From: a virus
DNA: 64,000 nucleotides
Virus record (IMG/VR): IMGVR_UViG_3300027909_000017
Strand: one strand, 5' to 3'
How positions within the stretch are numbered: the first letter of the stretch is position 1; each line of letters begins with the position of its first letter. Shown here piece after piece: positions 46,719 through 55,243 of the stretch. The notes under the pieces are model-generated. The model searched no databases and was not told the origin of the DNA. It saw nothing but the letters and a program-made list of their open reading frames with translations. Position numbers and translations under genes: made by a program.

Positions 46719-47566
46719 AAGTCGATTGGGTGCAGACGAAGCGTGCTCACCAGCGCGTGGAGTGGCTCGGTCAGACCGTCGAGCTCTTCCAACCCACGAC
46801 GACGCTCGAGGACATCGTGCCGGAGCAGCGGCCCAAGTTCGAGGCGCTCATCGCGTACGCGAAGTCATTCGGCATGACGATCAAAGTGCGCTCGGCGGGC
46901 CGCACGTGCGCGACGCAGCAGTCGTACTACGACCTCGGCGAGCAGATCACGCAAGCGAACTTGTGCCGTTCCATGCACGTGTTCGGTCACGCCGTGGACT
47001 TCGACCTCGTGCCCAACACCTGCCTCTCGTACACGAAGCTTGGCGAGTGGTGGGAGAAGCAGGGCGGCGTCTGGGGCGGCCGCTGGAAGCAGTTCGGCCC
47101 GTGCGGGGACATGGGACACTTCCACATCGGGATGAACGGCGCGCAGGCCGTGCCGACGTCGCTGTGCCCGGCAAACGTCACCGAGTCCGAGTGCAAGAAG
47201 ATCCGCGAAGACTACCTCACCAAGGCGTTTGGTCAGGCGACGCCGACAACCTCGACGAGCTCGCGCATGGGCATCCTGTCAGGACTCTTGATCGCGGGCG
47301 CTGCCGCGGCACTCCTCTACGCGACGTTGAATGTACGGGCGCCGGTCCGCGTGCGCGAGAACCGAGCGAGGACTGTTGAGCAAGCGTACAAAGATCTACT
47401 TGAAAAATTCGACGAAGAGATGGCTCTCGCGCAAGAAGCGGAAGATCAAGGTCTCTACGAACGAGCCGACGTACACTCCCGAGCGGCCGACGCCGCGGAC
47501 CGACGAGCCGCCAAACTCTCGCAAGAAGTGATCGACGGCAAACGCCGTTGGGAAGATCCGTACTGA
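46715..47566 (+). CDS. tagged M15-family (L-Ala-D-Glu-type) peptidase with TM and REN tail
   Basis: MKVDWV..RVEWLGQ; RTCATQ, SMHVFGHAVD, WGGRW, DMGHF. Confidence 0.85.
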   Translation: MKVDWVQTKRAHQRVEWLGQTVELFQPTTTLEDIVPEQRPKFEALIAYAKSFGMTIKVRSAGRTCATQQSYYDLGEQITQANLCRSMHVFGHAVDFDLVPNTCLSYTKLGEWWEKQGGVWGGRWKQFGPCGDMGHFHIGMNGAQAVPTSLCPANVTESECKKIREDYLTKAFGQATPTTSTSSRMGILSGLLIAGAAAALLYATLNVRAPVRVRENRARTVEQAYKDLLEKFDEEMALAQEAEDQGLYERADVHSRAADAADRRAAKLSQEVIDGKRRWEDPY

Positions 47567-47577
47567 GGAGAAAAAAC

Positions 47578-47874
47578 ATGAACAAGCAACCGAATGGAAA
47601 AGTTGGCAACCTCCAGGTGCTGAACTCGATGAAGGCTGCTGTCGCGCAGCAACGAGCCGTGGGCAGCGTCCCTGTTCAATGGGTCGATAGTTGGATCGCG
47701 CAGCTCCAGGCCGAATACGGCGGATACGGTGGTTACCCGTACAGCGGTTACCCGTACACGTACTCCCCGCTCCTGCCCTACTCGCTCGTCGACTTTCACC
47801 CCGTCGACACGTTCTTCTCGCCGTTCTTCACCGAGCGCGTGAACTTCCGCGTGACCTCGTCGACGATGAAGTGA
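47578..47874 (+). CDS. small Tyr/Gly-rich protein
   Basis: GAGGAG RBS. Confidence 0.65.
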   Translation: MNKQPNGKVGNLQVLNSMKAAVAQQRAVGSVPVQWVDSWIAQLQAEYGGYGGYPYSGYPYTYSPLLPYSLVDFHPVDTFFSPFFTERVNFRVTSSTMK

Positions 47875-47948
47875 GGCGGTCAGTTGCCTCCGCAGTTGGC
47901 GGAGGAATTGGCGAAGCAGTTCGCTGAGCTGCGCAGGGAGAACATGAC

Positions 47949-48500
47949 GTGAAACACCCGACTGAGACGTTCTTGCACCTCGGGCACGCGGGCGGGAGCG
48001 GTATCCCGTCCCGCTGCCGCATGCGCGACCTGTGGGACGAGCACGTCCAGTACACGCGCATGGCGATCGTTGCCTTCGCGAATGGTCTGCCCGAGCTCGA
48101 CGCAACGGTGGCGCGTCTCCAGCAGAATCAGGACGCACTCGGCGCGTTCTTCGGCGAGCGGCTGGGTGCCGCAGTCGGGCAGAAAGTCGCGGCGCTGCTG
48201 CACGAGCACATCGACGGCGCCGTCGCACTCTTGAAGGCCGCGAAGAGCGGCAGCGGCTTCGAGCAGGCGTACGGAGCCTGGAGGCAGAACGGCATCGAGA
48301 TCGCCGACGCCCTCGCGTCGACCGGTTTCTGGTCACAGCAGGCGCTGCGCGAGGCGATGCTGAAGCACTTGGAGACGACGGTTGCCGAGGCAGACGCCGA
48401 GATCAAGGGTCGCTGGGCGGAGAGCGTCGCCGCTTACGACGTCGCGCGCGAGCACGCGCTGATGATGGCGAGGGTGTTCTCGGACGGGTTATCACTATGA
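47949..48500 (+). CDS. conserved helical-bundle hypothetical protein
   Basis: MRDLWDEHVQYTR...RLQQNQDALG...LLHEHI. Confidence 0.65.
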   Translation: MKHPTETFLHLGHAGGSGIPSRCRMRDLWDEHVQYTRMAIVAFANGLPELDATVARLQQNQDALGAFFGERLGAAVGQKVAALLHEHIDGAVALLKAAKSGSGFEQAYGAWRQNGIEIADALASTGFWSQQALREAMLKHLETTVAEADAEIKGRWAESVAAYDVAREHALMMARVFSDGLSL

Positions 48501-48754
48501 ATCAACATCCGACAGACATGTTCATCGGGCAGCTCGTTTACCCGAACACTTTTTGGCGAGACAAGTGGGTCTGGTACACGAACGCTTGGAGCCACGCAGG
48601 TGGAGACTACGATTACGGTCCCGGTGCCTATCCACCGTGCGACGACAAGGGGATCAGCTCGTGCACGAGCGGGCCTCCGTACGTTGCGGAACACATCTGG
48701 CGGCTCGACGGACCCGGTCTCTGGACCGATCTCGGTTGGGAATACAATTATTGA
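48497..48754 (+). CDS. small Trp/Tyr-rich protein
   Basis: Coupled on both sides. Confidence 0.6.
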   Translation: MNQHPTDMFIGQLVYPNTFWRDKWVWYTNAWSHAGGDYDYGPGAYPPCDDKGISSCTSGPPYVAEHIWRLDGPGLWTDLGWEYNY

Positions 48755-49587
48755 TGGACGCAGTCTTCTGGCTCAAGGCACAAGCGCCGACGAAGCTCGC
48801 GTGGCCGAGCGGCGTGAAGCACGTCGGCCTCGACCCAGTCGCGGCGGGGTTCGTGTGCGGGCCGGAGGACAAGTACTGCTCGACGGCGTTCGGAAAACTC
48901 TACGGCTCATTGAAGGACTCGAGCGGGCGCATCACGCCGACGCTGCGCAAGAAGTACGGCGTCGACGGCAAGCTCGTGTTCGTGAGCTTCTCAGCCGGTC
49001 TCGGGTTCACGAACCCGCTGCTCGCGAATGACGCCGACCGCGCAGACATCGCCGGCGTGGTGCTCATGGACTCAACGTTTGGTAGCGGCTATTCCGGCTA
49101 CCAGAAGGCGGCGAAGGACGCGAGCGCCGGCAAGTTCAACCTCGTCAGCGTGACGAGCGACAAGGGCACGACCGACTCGCACATGAACGGCGACTACGCT
49201 TGGCGTGAAGCCGTGCTCAAGCCGACGGGTCTGCTCAACATGTCTGAAACTTCACCGGTGTCCCCGATGCCGAAACCTGGTGAAGGAGTCTTCAACCAGG
49301 GCACGCTCTGGTACTACCGCTACAAGGACGCCGAGTACTCGCACACGCAGCTCGGCAAGCTGCTCGCACCCGTGAGCGAGGCGCACATCATGCCGTGGCT
49401 CGCGGGCGGCGGAGTCGGTTCAACCGGTACGTCACGCGGCCCGTCAACGCTGCTGCTACTCGGCGGCTTGGCGGCGATCGTCGGCGGGGCGTACGCTTAC
49501 ACGACACTCAGGAGGAACGATGGCGGACGACAGCAAGGCAGAGCTCGTTCGACGAGCCGAGCAGGCGATCGTCGACGTCGTCGTTGA
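48754..49587 (+). CDS. tail-anchored alpha/beta hydrolase-like protein
   Basis: Nucleophile elbow VSFSAG, VVLMDS, HTQ; degenerate tag AVFWL; TM then basic tail. Confidence 0.65.
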   Translation: MDAVFWLKAQAPTKLAWPSGVKHVGLDPVAAGFVCGPEDKYCSTAFGKLYGSLKDSSGRITPTLRKKYGVDGKLVFVSFSAGLGFTNPLLANDADRADIAGVVLMDSTFGSGYSGYQKAAKDASAGKFNLVSVTSDKGTTDSHMNGDYAWREAVLKPTGLLNMSETSPVSPMPKPGEGVFNQGTLWYYRYKDAEYSHTQLGKLLAPVSEAHIMPWLAGGGVGSTGTSRGPSTLLLLGGLAAIVGGAYAYTTLRRNDGGRQQGRARSTSRAGDRRRRR

Positions 49588-49717
49588 GTGGGGGAAGAAG
49601 AAGGTCTGGCAGGAGCGCGAGCTCAGCGACCTGGAGCAGGAATTGAAAGCCGCACTTTGGGACCTCGAGCGAGCTAAGCGTGTGACAGGACAGGTGAAAG
49701 TTCCCGGTGGGGAATAG
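49520..49717 (+). CDS. small hypothetical protein
   Basis: AGGAGG RBS. Confidence 0.6.
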   Translation: MADDSKAELVRRAEQAIVDVVVEWGKKKVWQERELSDLEQELKAALWDLERAKRVTGQVKVPGGE

Positions 49718-49738
49718 TACGTGGTAGGATGACAAGCG

Positions 49739-50017
49739 ATGCGTCGACGTTTCAAAGCGCTCAAGATGGACGGCAAGACCGCCGTCGCGTTCGTGGTCGC
49801 CTCGTGGCTCTTGGTATTAGAAGGGTGCGGTGCGACGTCGCACGAGCCGTGCACGCAAGCCGACATCGCACAGGTCGTCGCCGCGCACGAGGCACGACTC
49901 GCGAGCAAGTGCGTCGGCCAGGGCAAGGACTGCCCGGAGCGCAAGGCGGAGGACGCACGTTTCAAGGAAGAGCTCCGCACGTGGGTGCGCTGTGACGACG
50001 AAGGGCCGCAGCAATGA
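49739..50017 (+). CDS. small lipoprotein (possible o-spanin)
   Basis: Hydrophobic run, VLEG-C lipobox, further Cys. Confidence 0.5.
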   Translation: MRRRFKALKMDGKTAVAFVVASWLLVLEGCGATSHEPCTQADIAQVVAAHEARLASKCVGQGKDCPERKAEDARFKEELRTWVRCDDEGPQQ

Positions 50018-50111
50018 CGGCGATCGTCGGCTACGCACACGAGCGGTTATCGCAGAAGTACATTCACTTCTGCTGGCTCTTGCACTTCGTAGTGAACGGG
50101 AGGTTGATGCC

Positions 50112-50372
50112 ATGAGCACTGTACCCGTACCGATTCCGGAGAATCTGCTGCCGCTCGTGAACAAGCTCACGACGCTGCAAGCCATGGAGCCGCTGGTCAC
50201 CGACCACATCGCGCCGGTGATCAACAACATGCTCGACTTCGCTCTGACCAGCGGCAAGGCGACCGACCCCGACGTCTGGATCCGAGCTCTGCAAGCCGCG
50301 GTCGTCTACGTCGAGACGCTCAAGGCCGACGACGAGTGGTTGTCACGAGTGCCGATTAACCGAGGTGGATGA
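50112..50372 (+). CDS. hypothetical protein
   Basis: GGGAGG RBS. Confidence 0.6.
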   Translation: MSTVPVPIPENLLPLVNKLTTLQAMEPLVTDHIAPVINNMLDFALTSGKATDPDVWIRALQAAVVYVETLKADDEWLSRVPINRGG

Positions 50373-50950
50373 TGGGAAGCGCGCTAGATCTTTGGAAGTC
50401 CAAGCAGAAGGATCGCTGGGAGCAAGTCGTCTCCCAGTTGATCGACGCCGTCGTCGCTGCGTTGGGTGGTGGCAGCGGTGGTGGCTCGCTCGGCGAGCTC
50501 GACGTCGTGGAGACGCGGCGAGCGGGCCTCGACCAACTCCTGGTCGGAGCGGGCAGCGACATCGTCCTGAACAACATCGTCTTCACGCGCGGCGAGATCG
50601 CGTACGACTTCAACACCGGCGTCTACACGCTCCAGCCGCTCAAGGTGTACGAGCTCGACTTCAGCGCTTTTTTCACCTCGTTCTCGGACGCGACCGGTGG
50701 AGGTCTCGAGATCGCGTGGGTGGACGCGAACACGAACGCGCCGCTCGACACGAACATCTCCGGCATCTTCAAACCGAGCACGAGCACGGACCCGAGCAAC
50801 GAGTCGCCGCGGGCGCACGCCGTGTTCATCTCGGAGCAAGCGGCGCAGGTGAAGTTGCGCTGCATCAACGCGACGGGCACCGCCACGCTGTCTGGACCTA
50901 GCGGCGGTGGCTCCTCGTCGTCGGGCGCGGTAGTCAAGCAACTGAGGTGA
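50369..50950 (+). CDS. C1q/TNF-like beta-sandwich protein (putative spike/receptor-binding), paralog 1
   Basis: IAYDFNTGVYTL; ends VVKQLR. Confidence 0.55.
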   Translation: MMGSALDLWKSKQKDRWEQVVSQLIDAVVAALGGGSGGGSLGELDVVETRRAGLDQLLVGAGSDIVLNNIVFTRGEIAYDFNTGVYTLQPLKVYELDFSAFFTSFSDATGGGLEIAWVDANTNAPLDTNISGIFKPSTSTDPSNESPRAHAVFISEQAAQVKLRCINATGTATLSGPSGGGSSSSGAVVKQLR

Positions 50951-50951
50951 C

Positions 50952-51506
50952 GTGATGAGTAGGCTCCTGAAACTGCTGCTGTCTGGACAGAAGGAACGCT
51001 GGAAGCAGCAGGTCTCCGTCGCGATCGATGCTGTCGTCACCGCACTCGGCGGCAGTTCCGGCGGCGGTGTGCTCACCGAGCTCGACATCCTCGAGACGCA
51101 GCGCACCGGCGGGAACCAGACCGTGGCAAGCGGTGACGACCTCATCTTGCAGACCACGCTCTTCAGCCAGGGCGACATCGCTTACGACCCGGCGACGGGC
51201 ATCTACACGCTCGTGCCGGGGAAGACGTACGAGCTCGCCGCATACCTGCACTTCATCAACTACGGCGGCGACGAGATGCAGATTAACTGGGTCCAGGCCG
51301 ACACGGAATCGTTCCTTGACGAGTCGCTGATCGGTGTGTACGTCGCCGACGACGGCGTGAGCAGCTCGTCCTCGAGTCCGGGACCACACGCGATCTACAA
51401 GCCGGCGAACGCGACCGAGGCGCGCATCAAGCTCAAGAACGTGGGCGTGCAGACTGCCGACCTGCAATCGTTCGTCTCGGGTGCCATCATCAAGCAACTG
51501 AGGTGA
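50952..51506 (+). CDS. C1q/TNF-like beta-sandwich protein, paralog 2
   Basis: IAYDPATGIYTL; ends IIKQLR; aligns end to end with paralog 1. Confidence 0.55.
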   Translation: MMSRLLKLLLSGQKERWKQQVSVAIDAVVTALGGSSGGGVLTELDILETQRTGGNQTVASGDDLILQTTLFSQGDIAYDPATGIYTLVPGKTYELAAYLHFINYGGDEMQINWVQADTESFLDESLIGVYVADDGVSSSSSSPGPHAIYKPANATEARIKLKNVGVQTADLQSFVSGAIIKQLR

Positions 51507-51509
51507 CCG

Positions 51510-52016
51510 ATGGTCAACTGGGTCGAGCCGTCTGAAGCCCTCGCGCCGCCCGACGCGCCGGTCGCGGACATCTTGCGCGACCCAGGCCAGGAGCCGGGGA
51601 CGCTTGGCCTCCCGCGCGGCTTCGTGATCGCCGGTCAGAACCTCCCCTGCGACGACTCGTCGACGGCGTTCGTGCGCGGCGTGCTCGTGCCTAAGAACGT
51701 CTACGACTCGATGTCGGTCGAGCAGCGCCTGGCGCTCGACAACCCGAACGCGTACCCGCTCTGGCGCCTGTACGGCGGCCCGCTCGCGACGCGCGCGCTG
51801 GCGAACGACTGGGACCGCTGGCTCTACTTCTGGGCGTTCAACAACGGCCAGGTCTGGATCTCGCACGGCGTGCCCTGCGTCGCGCCTCCGTGGGCGGTGG
51901 CGCCGCCCCCGGACACGAGCTTCCAGTGGAACTGGGTGTGGGAGGCCGGTCCCGGCAAAGTCGCGAACCGGTACTACGACGCGCAGCAGGGCAAGAACGT
52001 CGTCGTGGTGGTGTGA
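51510..52016 (+). CDS. tagged Trp-rich protein without TM
   Basis: MVNWVEP. Confidence 0.7.
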   Translation: MVNWVEPSEALAPPDAPVADILRDPGQEPGTLGLPRGFVIAGQNLPCDDSSTAFVRGVLVPKNVYDSMSVEQRLALDNPNAYPLWRLYGGPLATRALANDWDRWLYFWAFNNGQVWISHGVPCVAPPWAVAPPPDTSFQWNWVWEAGPGKVANRYYDAQQGKNVVVVV

Positions 52017-52843
52017 TGGGCATCCACGCGGTCGAGCGCCAGTTCATCGTCGCGGGCTTCTACCGCGACTTCGCGCGCGAGCCGTCGCTCGTCGAGGCGC
52101 AGGTCTGCCAGGGCGTGAGCGGGCTCGAGACGAGTTACGGCAAGGGTTGGCGCAGCGAGGCCGGCAAGCGCTCGAAGAACCGCGGCGCGGTGCAGTCGGG
52201 TCGGCCGCCGTGTGACCCCGCCAACTCGTTCTTGTACAAGGACACGCACCCGAACCCGGACGGCTCCAGCACTTCGTACTCGATCTGCTTCCGCAGCTAC
52301 GCGACCGACGAGGAGGCGTGCGCGGACATGATCCGGTACGTCGTCGGCACGGCGAGCAAGCCGAAGAAGAACGTGCTCGACGCCTGCGCGCGCGGCGACC
52401 TCTGGGGTGTCAGCGCCGGCATGCGCGCCAATCGCTACTACGAGGGCTTCGGTAAGACGCAGGCCGAGCGGATCGAGAACCACCGCAAGGCGCTCGCCGG
52501 CGCTATCAAGCGCCAGTGCGACGAGCTCGGCGAGGCGTTCCCGAGCGGCAAGCCCACGACCATGGGCGAGGTCAAGAAGCTCTTTCAGAGCGTCTTCAAC
52601 GCGCCCAAGAAGCCGAAGATCGAGCGCGGCTCGCGCGGCGAGGCGGTCAAGGACTGGCAGCGGTTCATCGGCGTCGTGGCAGACGGCATCTTCGGCCCGG
52701 TGACGGAGCAGGAGACGATCGTCTGGCAGGGCGCGCACAAGAACGTCGTCACCGGCGCGCCGCTCAAGATCGACGGCGTCGTCGGCAAAGAGACGTGGGC
52801 CGCTGCGGAGGTCGAGGCGCGTGCGTTGCCGGAGGCAGCGTGA
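52016..52843 (+). CDS. endolysin: GH73-like glycosidase + peptidoglycan-binding domain
   Basis: GLETSYG, FRSYAT; RGSRGEAVKDWQ..VADGIFGP..T, IDGVVGKETW. Confidence 0.75.
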   Translation: MGIHAVERQFIVAGFYRDFAREPSLVEAQVCQGVSGLETSYGKGWRSEAGKRSKNRGAVQSGRPPCDPANSFLYKDTHPNPDGSSTSYSICFRSYATDEEACADMIRYVVGTASKPKKNVLDACARGDLWGVSAGMRANRYYEGFGKTQAERIENHRKALAGAIKRQCDELGEAFPSGKPTTMGEVKKLFQSVFNAPKKPKIERGSRGEAVKDWQRFIGVVADGIFGPVTEQETIVWQGAHKNVVTGAPLKIDGVVGKETWAAAEVEARALPEAA

Positions 52844-52846
52844 CGG

Positions 52847-53224
52847 ATGGTCGAAAACCTCCCCCACCCGGCACTGGTCGCATCCTTCCTCCAGACGCAG
52901 GGCGTTACCGAGGGCGTGAACAACCTGGCAACGTCGGGACCTCTGGGTCTGGCGCTCGTCGTCGTGACGCTGGCGCTGATCTGGACGATGAAGAAGTTGC
53001 TCGACACCAAGAACGAGCAGAAGAACGACGCGATCAAGAACACGGACGACATGCTGAAGTTGAGCGACCGGACGAACACGGTCATCAACAAGATCGAAGT
53101 GATGATCAACACGAACAACGAGCGCCTGAGCCGCAACGACGAGACGTCGAAGGAAGTGGCCGAGGTGCTGACCGAAGTTCGGGAGATCTTACGAGCGCTG
53201 AGGGAACAACGGATGCGGAGGTGA
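52847..53224 (+). CDS. holin-like single-TM coiled-coil protein
   Basis: Follows endolysin; GPLGLALVVVTLALIW. Confidence 0.5.
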   Translation: MVENLPHPALVASFLQTQGVTEGVNNLATSGPLGLALVVVTLALIWTMKKLLDTKNEQKNDAIKNTDDMLKLSDRTNTVINKIEVMINTNNERLSRNDETSKEVAEVLTEVREILRALREQRMRR

Positions 53225-53229
53225 CGGAC

Positions 53230-53511
53230 ATGGCTGCTGCGACATACAACGTTGAAGAGTTAGCGATCCCCGACCCGTTCCCGTCGTCAGCGCCGCAGCC
53301 GATCATCCCGGTCGACGAGGAGGACGTCGAGGACCCTGACACAGACCAGATCGAGACGCTGAAGCTCACCGACCCGAAGGGGGCGCTCGAGTTGGCCCGC
53401 CAGAAAGTGCGCCACAGCTCGCAGCAGATGGAGAAGCTCGGCCGCAAGATGACTCCGTCGGAACCGGCTCCGGTGCCGAGCTCCGTGCCCAGCACCAAGA
53501 AAACGGACTAG
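53230..53511 (+). CDS. hypothetical acidic protein
   Basis: GGAGG RBS. Confidence 0.6.
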   Translation: MAAATYNVEELAIPDPFPSSAPQPIIPVDEEDVEDPDTDQIETLKLTDPKGALELARQKVRHSSQQMEKLGRKMTPSEPAPVPSSVPSTKKTD

Positions 53512-53520
53512 ACTTCCCGC

Positions 53521-53808
53521 GTGGGCAAGACACGCAAGGACAGCGACCAGCACAAGCTCGATCGGCTGACCAAGCCAGAAGAGCACCGCGACACGCTCGT
53601 GCCCTGCGAGGCGTGTGGCGGTCACGGCTTTCGCAACGTGCGCAAGACCATGTTCGACGGGACGCGCTATCGGTTCTTGGAGACGAAGGTCACGTGCAAC
53701 TGGTGCCGTGGCGACGGTTCGGTGACCAAGAGGCTCTCGAAAGCGTTCCACCGCTGGACACGTATTTTGCGGCGCAACCGCGCTGCTGGCCTCTGCCCAC
53801 GGGAGTGA
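53521..53808 (+). CDS. DnaJ-type zinc-finger protein
   Basis: CEACGGHG and CNWCRGDG. Confidence 0.65.
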   Translation: MGKTRKDSDQHKLDRLTKPEEHRDTLVPCEACGGHGFRNVRKTMFDGTRYRFLETKVTCNWCRGDGSVTKRLSKAFHRWTRILRRNRAAGLCPRE

Positions 53809-53822
53809 GGTAGACTTCTCTC

Positions 53823-54128
53823 ATGGCAAGCAGACACTGGGGACTCCTCAAAGCCGCGGGCGGGCAGATCTCGCTCCACTCGCAGACTGGACGTTTTTTG
53901 CAGAAGGTCGCGTTCCTCGACGTGCCGCACATGTTCGTGAACGGCCCGCGCTCGCTCCTGATGTCGGTCGCTGGCGAGCAGTCGCTGCACAGCCAGGTCG
54001 GCCGGCACCTCCAGAAGATCGCGAACTTGGACACGGACACGCCGAAGCCCGTCGCGCCGAACGAGATCGGCGGCGAGTTGCAGGTGCAGAGCCCGTACGG
54101 TTTGGCGCTCGGCGGCTCGCAGTTCTAG
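53823..54128 (+). CDS. hypothetical protein with internal repeat
   Basis: SLHSQ(T/V)GR(F/H)LQK(V/I)A twice. Confidence 0.6.
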   Translation: MASRHWGLLKAAGGQISLHSQTGRFLQKVAFLDVPHMFVNGPRSLLMSVAGEQSLHSQVGRHLQKIANLDTDTPKPVAPNEIGGELQVQSPYGLALGGSQF

Positions 54129-54704
54129 TCACTCCCAGAGCACGCGCGACATGTACTCGGCCCACTGACGCGCCCCGCGTCGCGTGGGGTGCACGCCGTC
54201 GCTCTCGAGCGGCAGCGGTCCCGGGTCGATCGCGAAGACCTCGGACTTCGCCACCGCGTCGTGGATGTAGCGCGTGTCCATCGCCAGCGGCGGGGGCAAG
54301 AGCCACACCGCGGACGGCGCCTCGTACCTCACCTCGTCGTCGCGCGCGTACATCAGGTCGTTGAGGAGGTTCACGATCGTCGAGATGTCCTCGGCGAGCT
54401 TGGGCCGCTCGACGCGCGTGCAGTTCACCCCGAGCGAGATGAGCAGGACGCGCGCCTTCGGGTGCTCCTTGACCACGCGCTCGAACCACTTCTTGCGGAG
54501 CCACTGACGGGCGCTCGACCCGCCCTTGGCCCACACCGCGGCGTCGACGTTGCGGATCTTAGCGACCTCGCGGAACGACGGGCCGGTCACGTACGCCATC
54601 GAGTCGCCGCAGAGCACGTACTTCGCTTCGCTCGGCTTCGCCGCTACCTCGCACACAGGCGCGACGAGGGCGAGCGAGCCGGCGATGAAGCTCCGGCGGT
54701 TCAC
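54129..54704 (-). CDS. SGNH hydrolase with Tat-like signal
   Basis: MNRRSFIAG; LCGDSMA, SLGVN, DGVHPT. Confidence 0.75.
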   Translation of the reverse strand: MNRRSFIAGSLALVAPVCEVAAKPSEAKYVLCGDSMAYVTGPSFREVAKIRNVDAAVWAKGGSSARQWLRKKWFERVVKEHPKARVLLISLGVNCTRVERPKLAEDISTIVNLLNDLMYARDDEVRYEAPSAVWLLPPPLAMDTRYIHDAVAKSEVFAIDPGPLPLESDGVHPTRRGARQWAEYMSRVLWE

Positions 54705-55243
54705 GCGCGCGACTCCGTGAGCGGCGCGATGTACTCGCGCTTGAGCTCCGCGAGCACGTCGTCGAGTTTGGGGGCGCTCGCGTCCTTGTCGGACAGGATG
54801 GGGCCCGCCACGGGCCAGGGGACGTCGTAGCCGACGCTCTCCCAGTAGATCTGCCGCTCCGCGACCTCGTCGCGCGCGGCGTCGAACCGGTAGCGGACGC
54901 GGCAGAGCGGGCTCGTCGAGACGACGTAGCCGTGCGCGGTCCACGGCGGGATGATGAGCATCTTGCGGTCGCCCTCGCCGAGCCACAGCCAGTCGACGTG
55001 CCCCGTCTTCAGGTTCACCAGCACCTCGAAGATCAGGCCGATCTCGACCGTCAGGACCTTGATGAGTGGGGAGCGCCGCGGGTCCTGGAAGTGCACGCCG
55101 CGCAGGACGCGGCTACGCGACTCGACGACCAGCTCGCGGATCATCGGCACGGCGAGCGAGAACTCCACGGCGCGACCGCGCTCGTCGTCGTGGTGGGGCG
55201 CCTCGAGCAGGCGCGCCCCGGACGCCATCTCCATGACGTTCAC
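54701..55243 (-). CDS. rmlC: dTDP-4-dehydrorhamnose 3,5-epimerase-like
   Basis: DERG, VLRGVHFQ, IPPWTAHGY, PWP..PILSDKD. Confidence 0.85.
   Translation of the reverse strand: MNVMEMASGARLLEAPHHDDERGRAVEFSLAVPMIRELVVESRSRVLRGVHFQDPRRSPLIKVLTVEIGLIFEVLVNLKTGHVDWLWLGEGDRKMLIIPPWTAHGYVVSTSPLCRVRYRFDAARDEVAERQIYWESVGYDVPWPVAGPILSDKDASAPKLDDVLAELKREYIAPLTESRA

Noticed and set aside
40083-49587. MYXO-CTERM or GlyGly-CTERM sorting signals
   Set aside because: No conserved GC/GG motif across the set and no N-terminal Sec signal; resemblance is limited to S/T linker + TM + basic tail
50369-51506. Diversity-generating retroelement TR/VR pair
   Set aside because: Divergence is not adenine-specific by eye; no reverse transcriptase seen
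33783-52016. Tag as a DNA-level repeat or recombination site
   Set aside because: Synonymous codons vary between copies (gtc/gtt/gtg, aac/aat/gac/gat), which favours peptide conservation
32890-53224. Tailed-phage head-tail module
   Set aside because: No terminase Walker/RNaseH motifs, portal, HK97 capsid or long tape measure recognised; cannot exclude such genes outside the window
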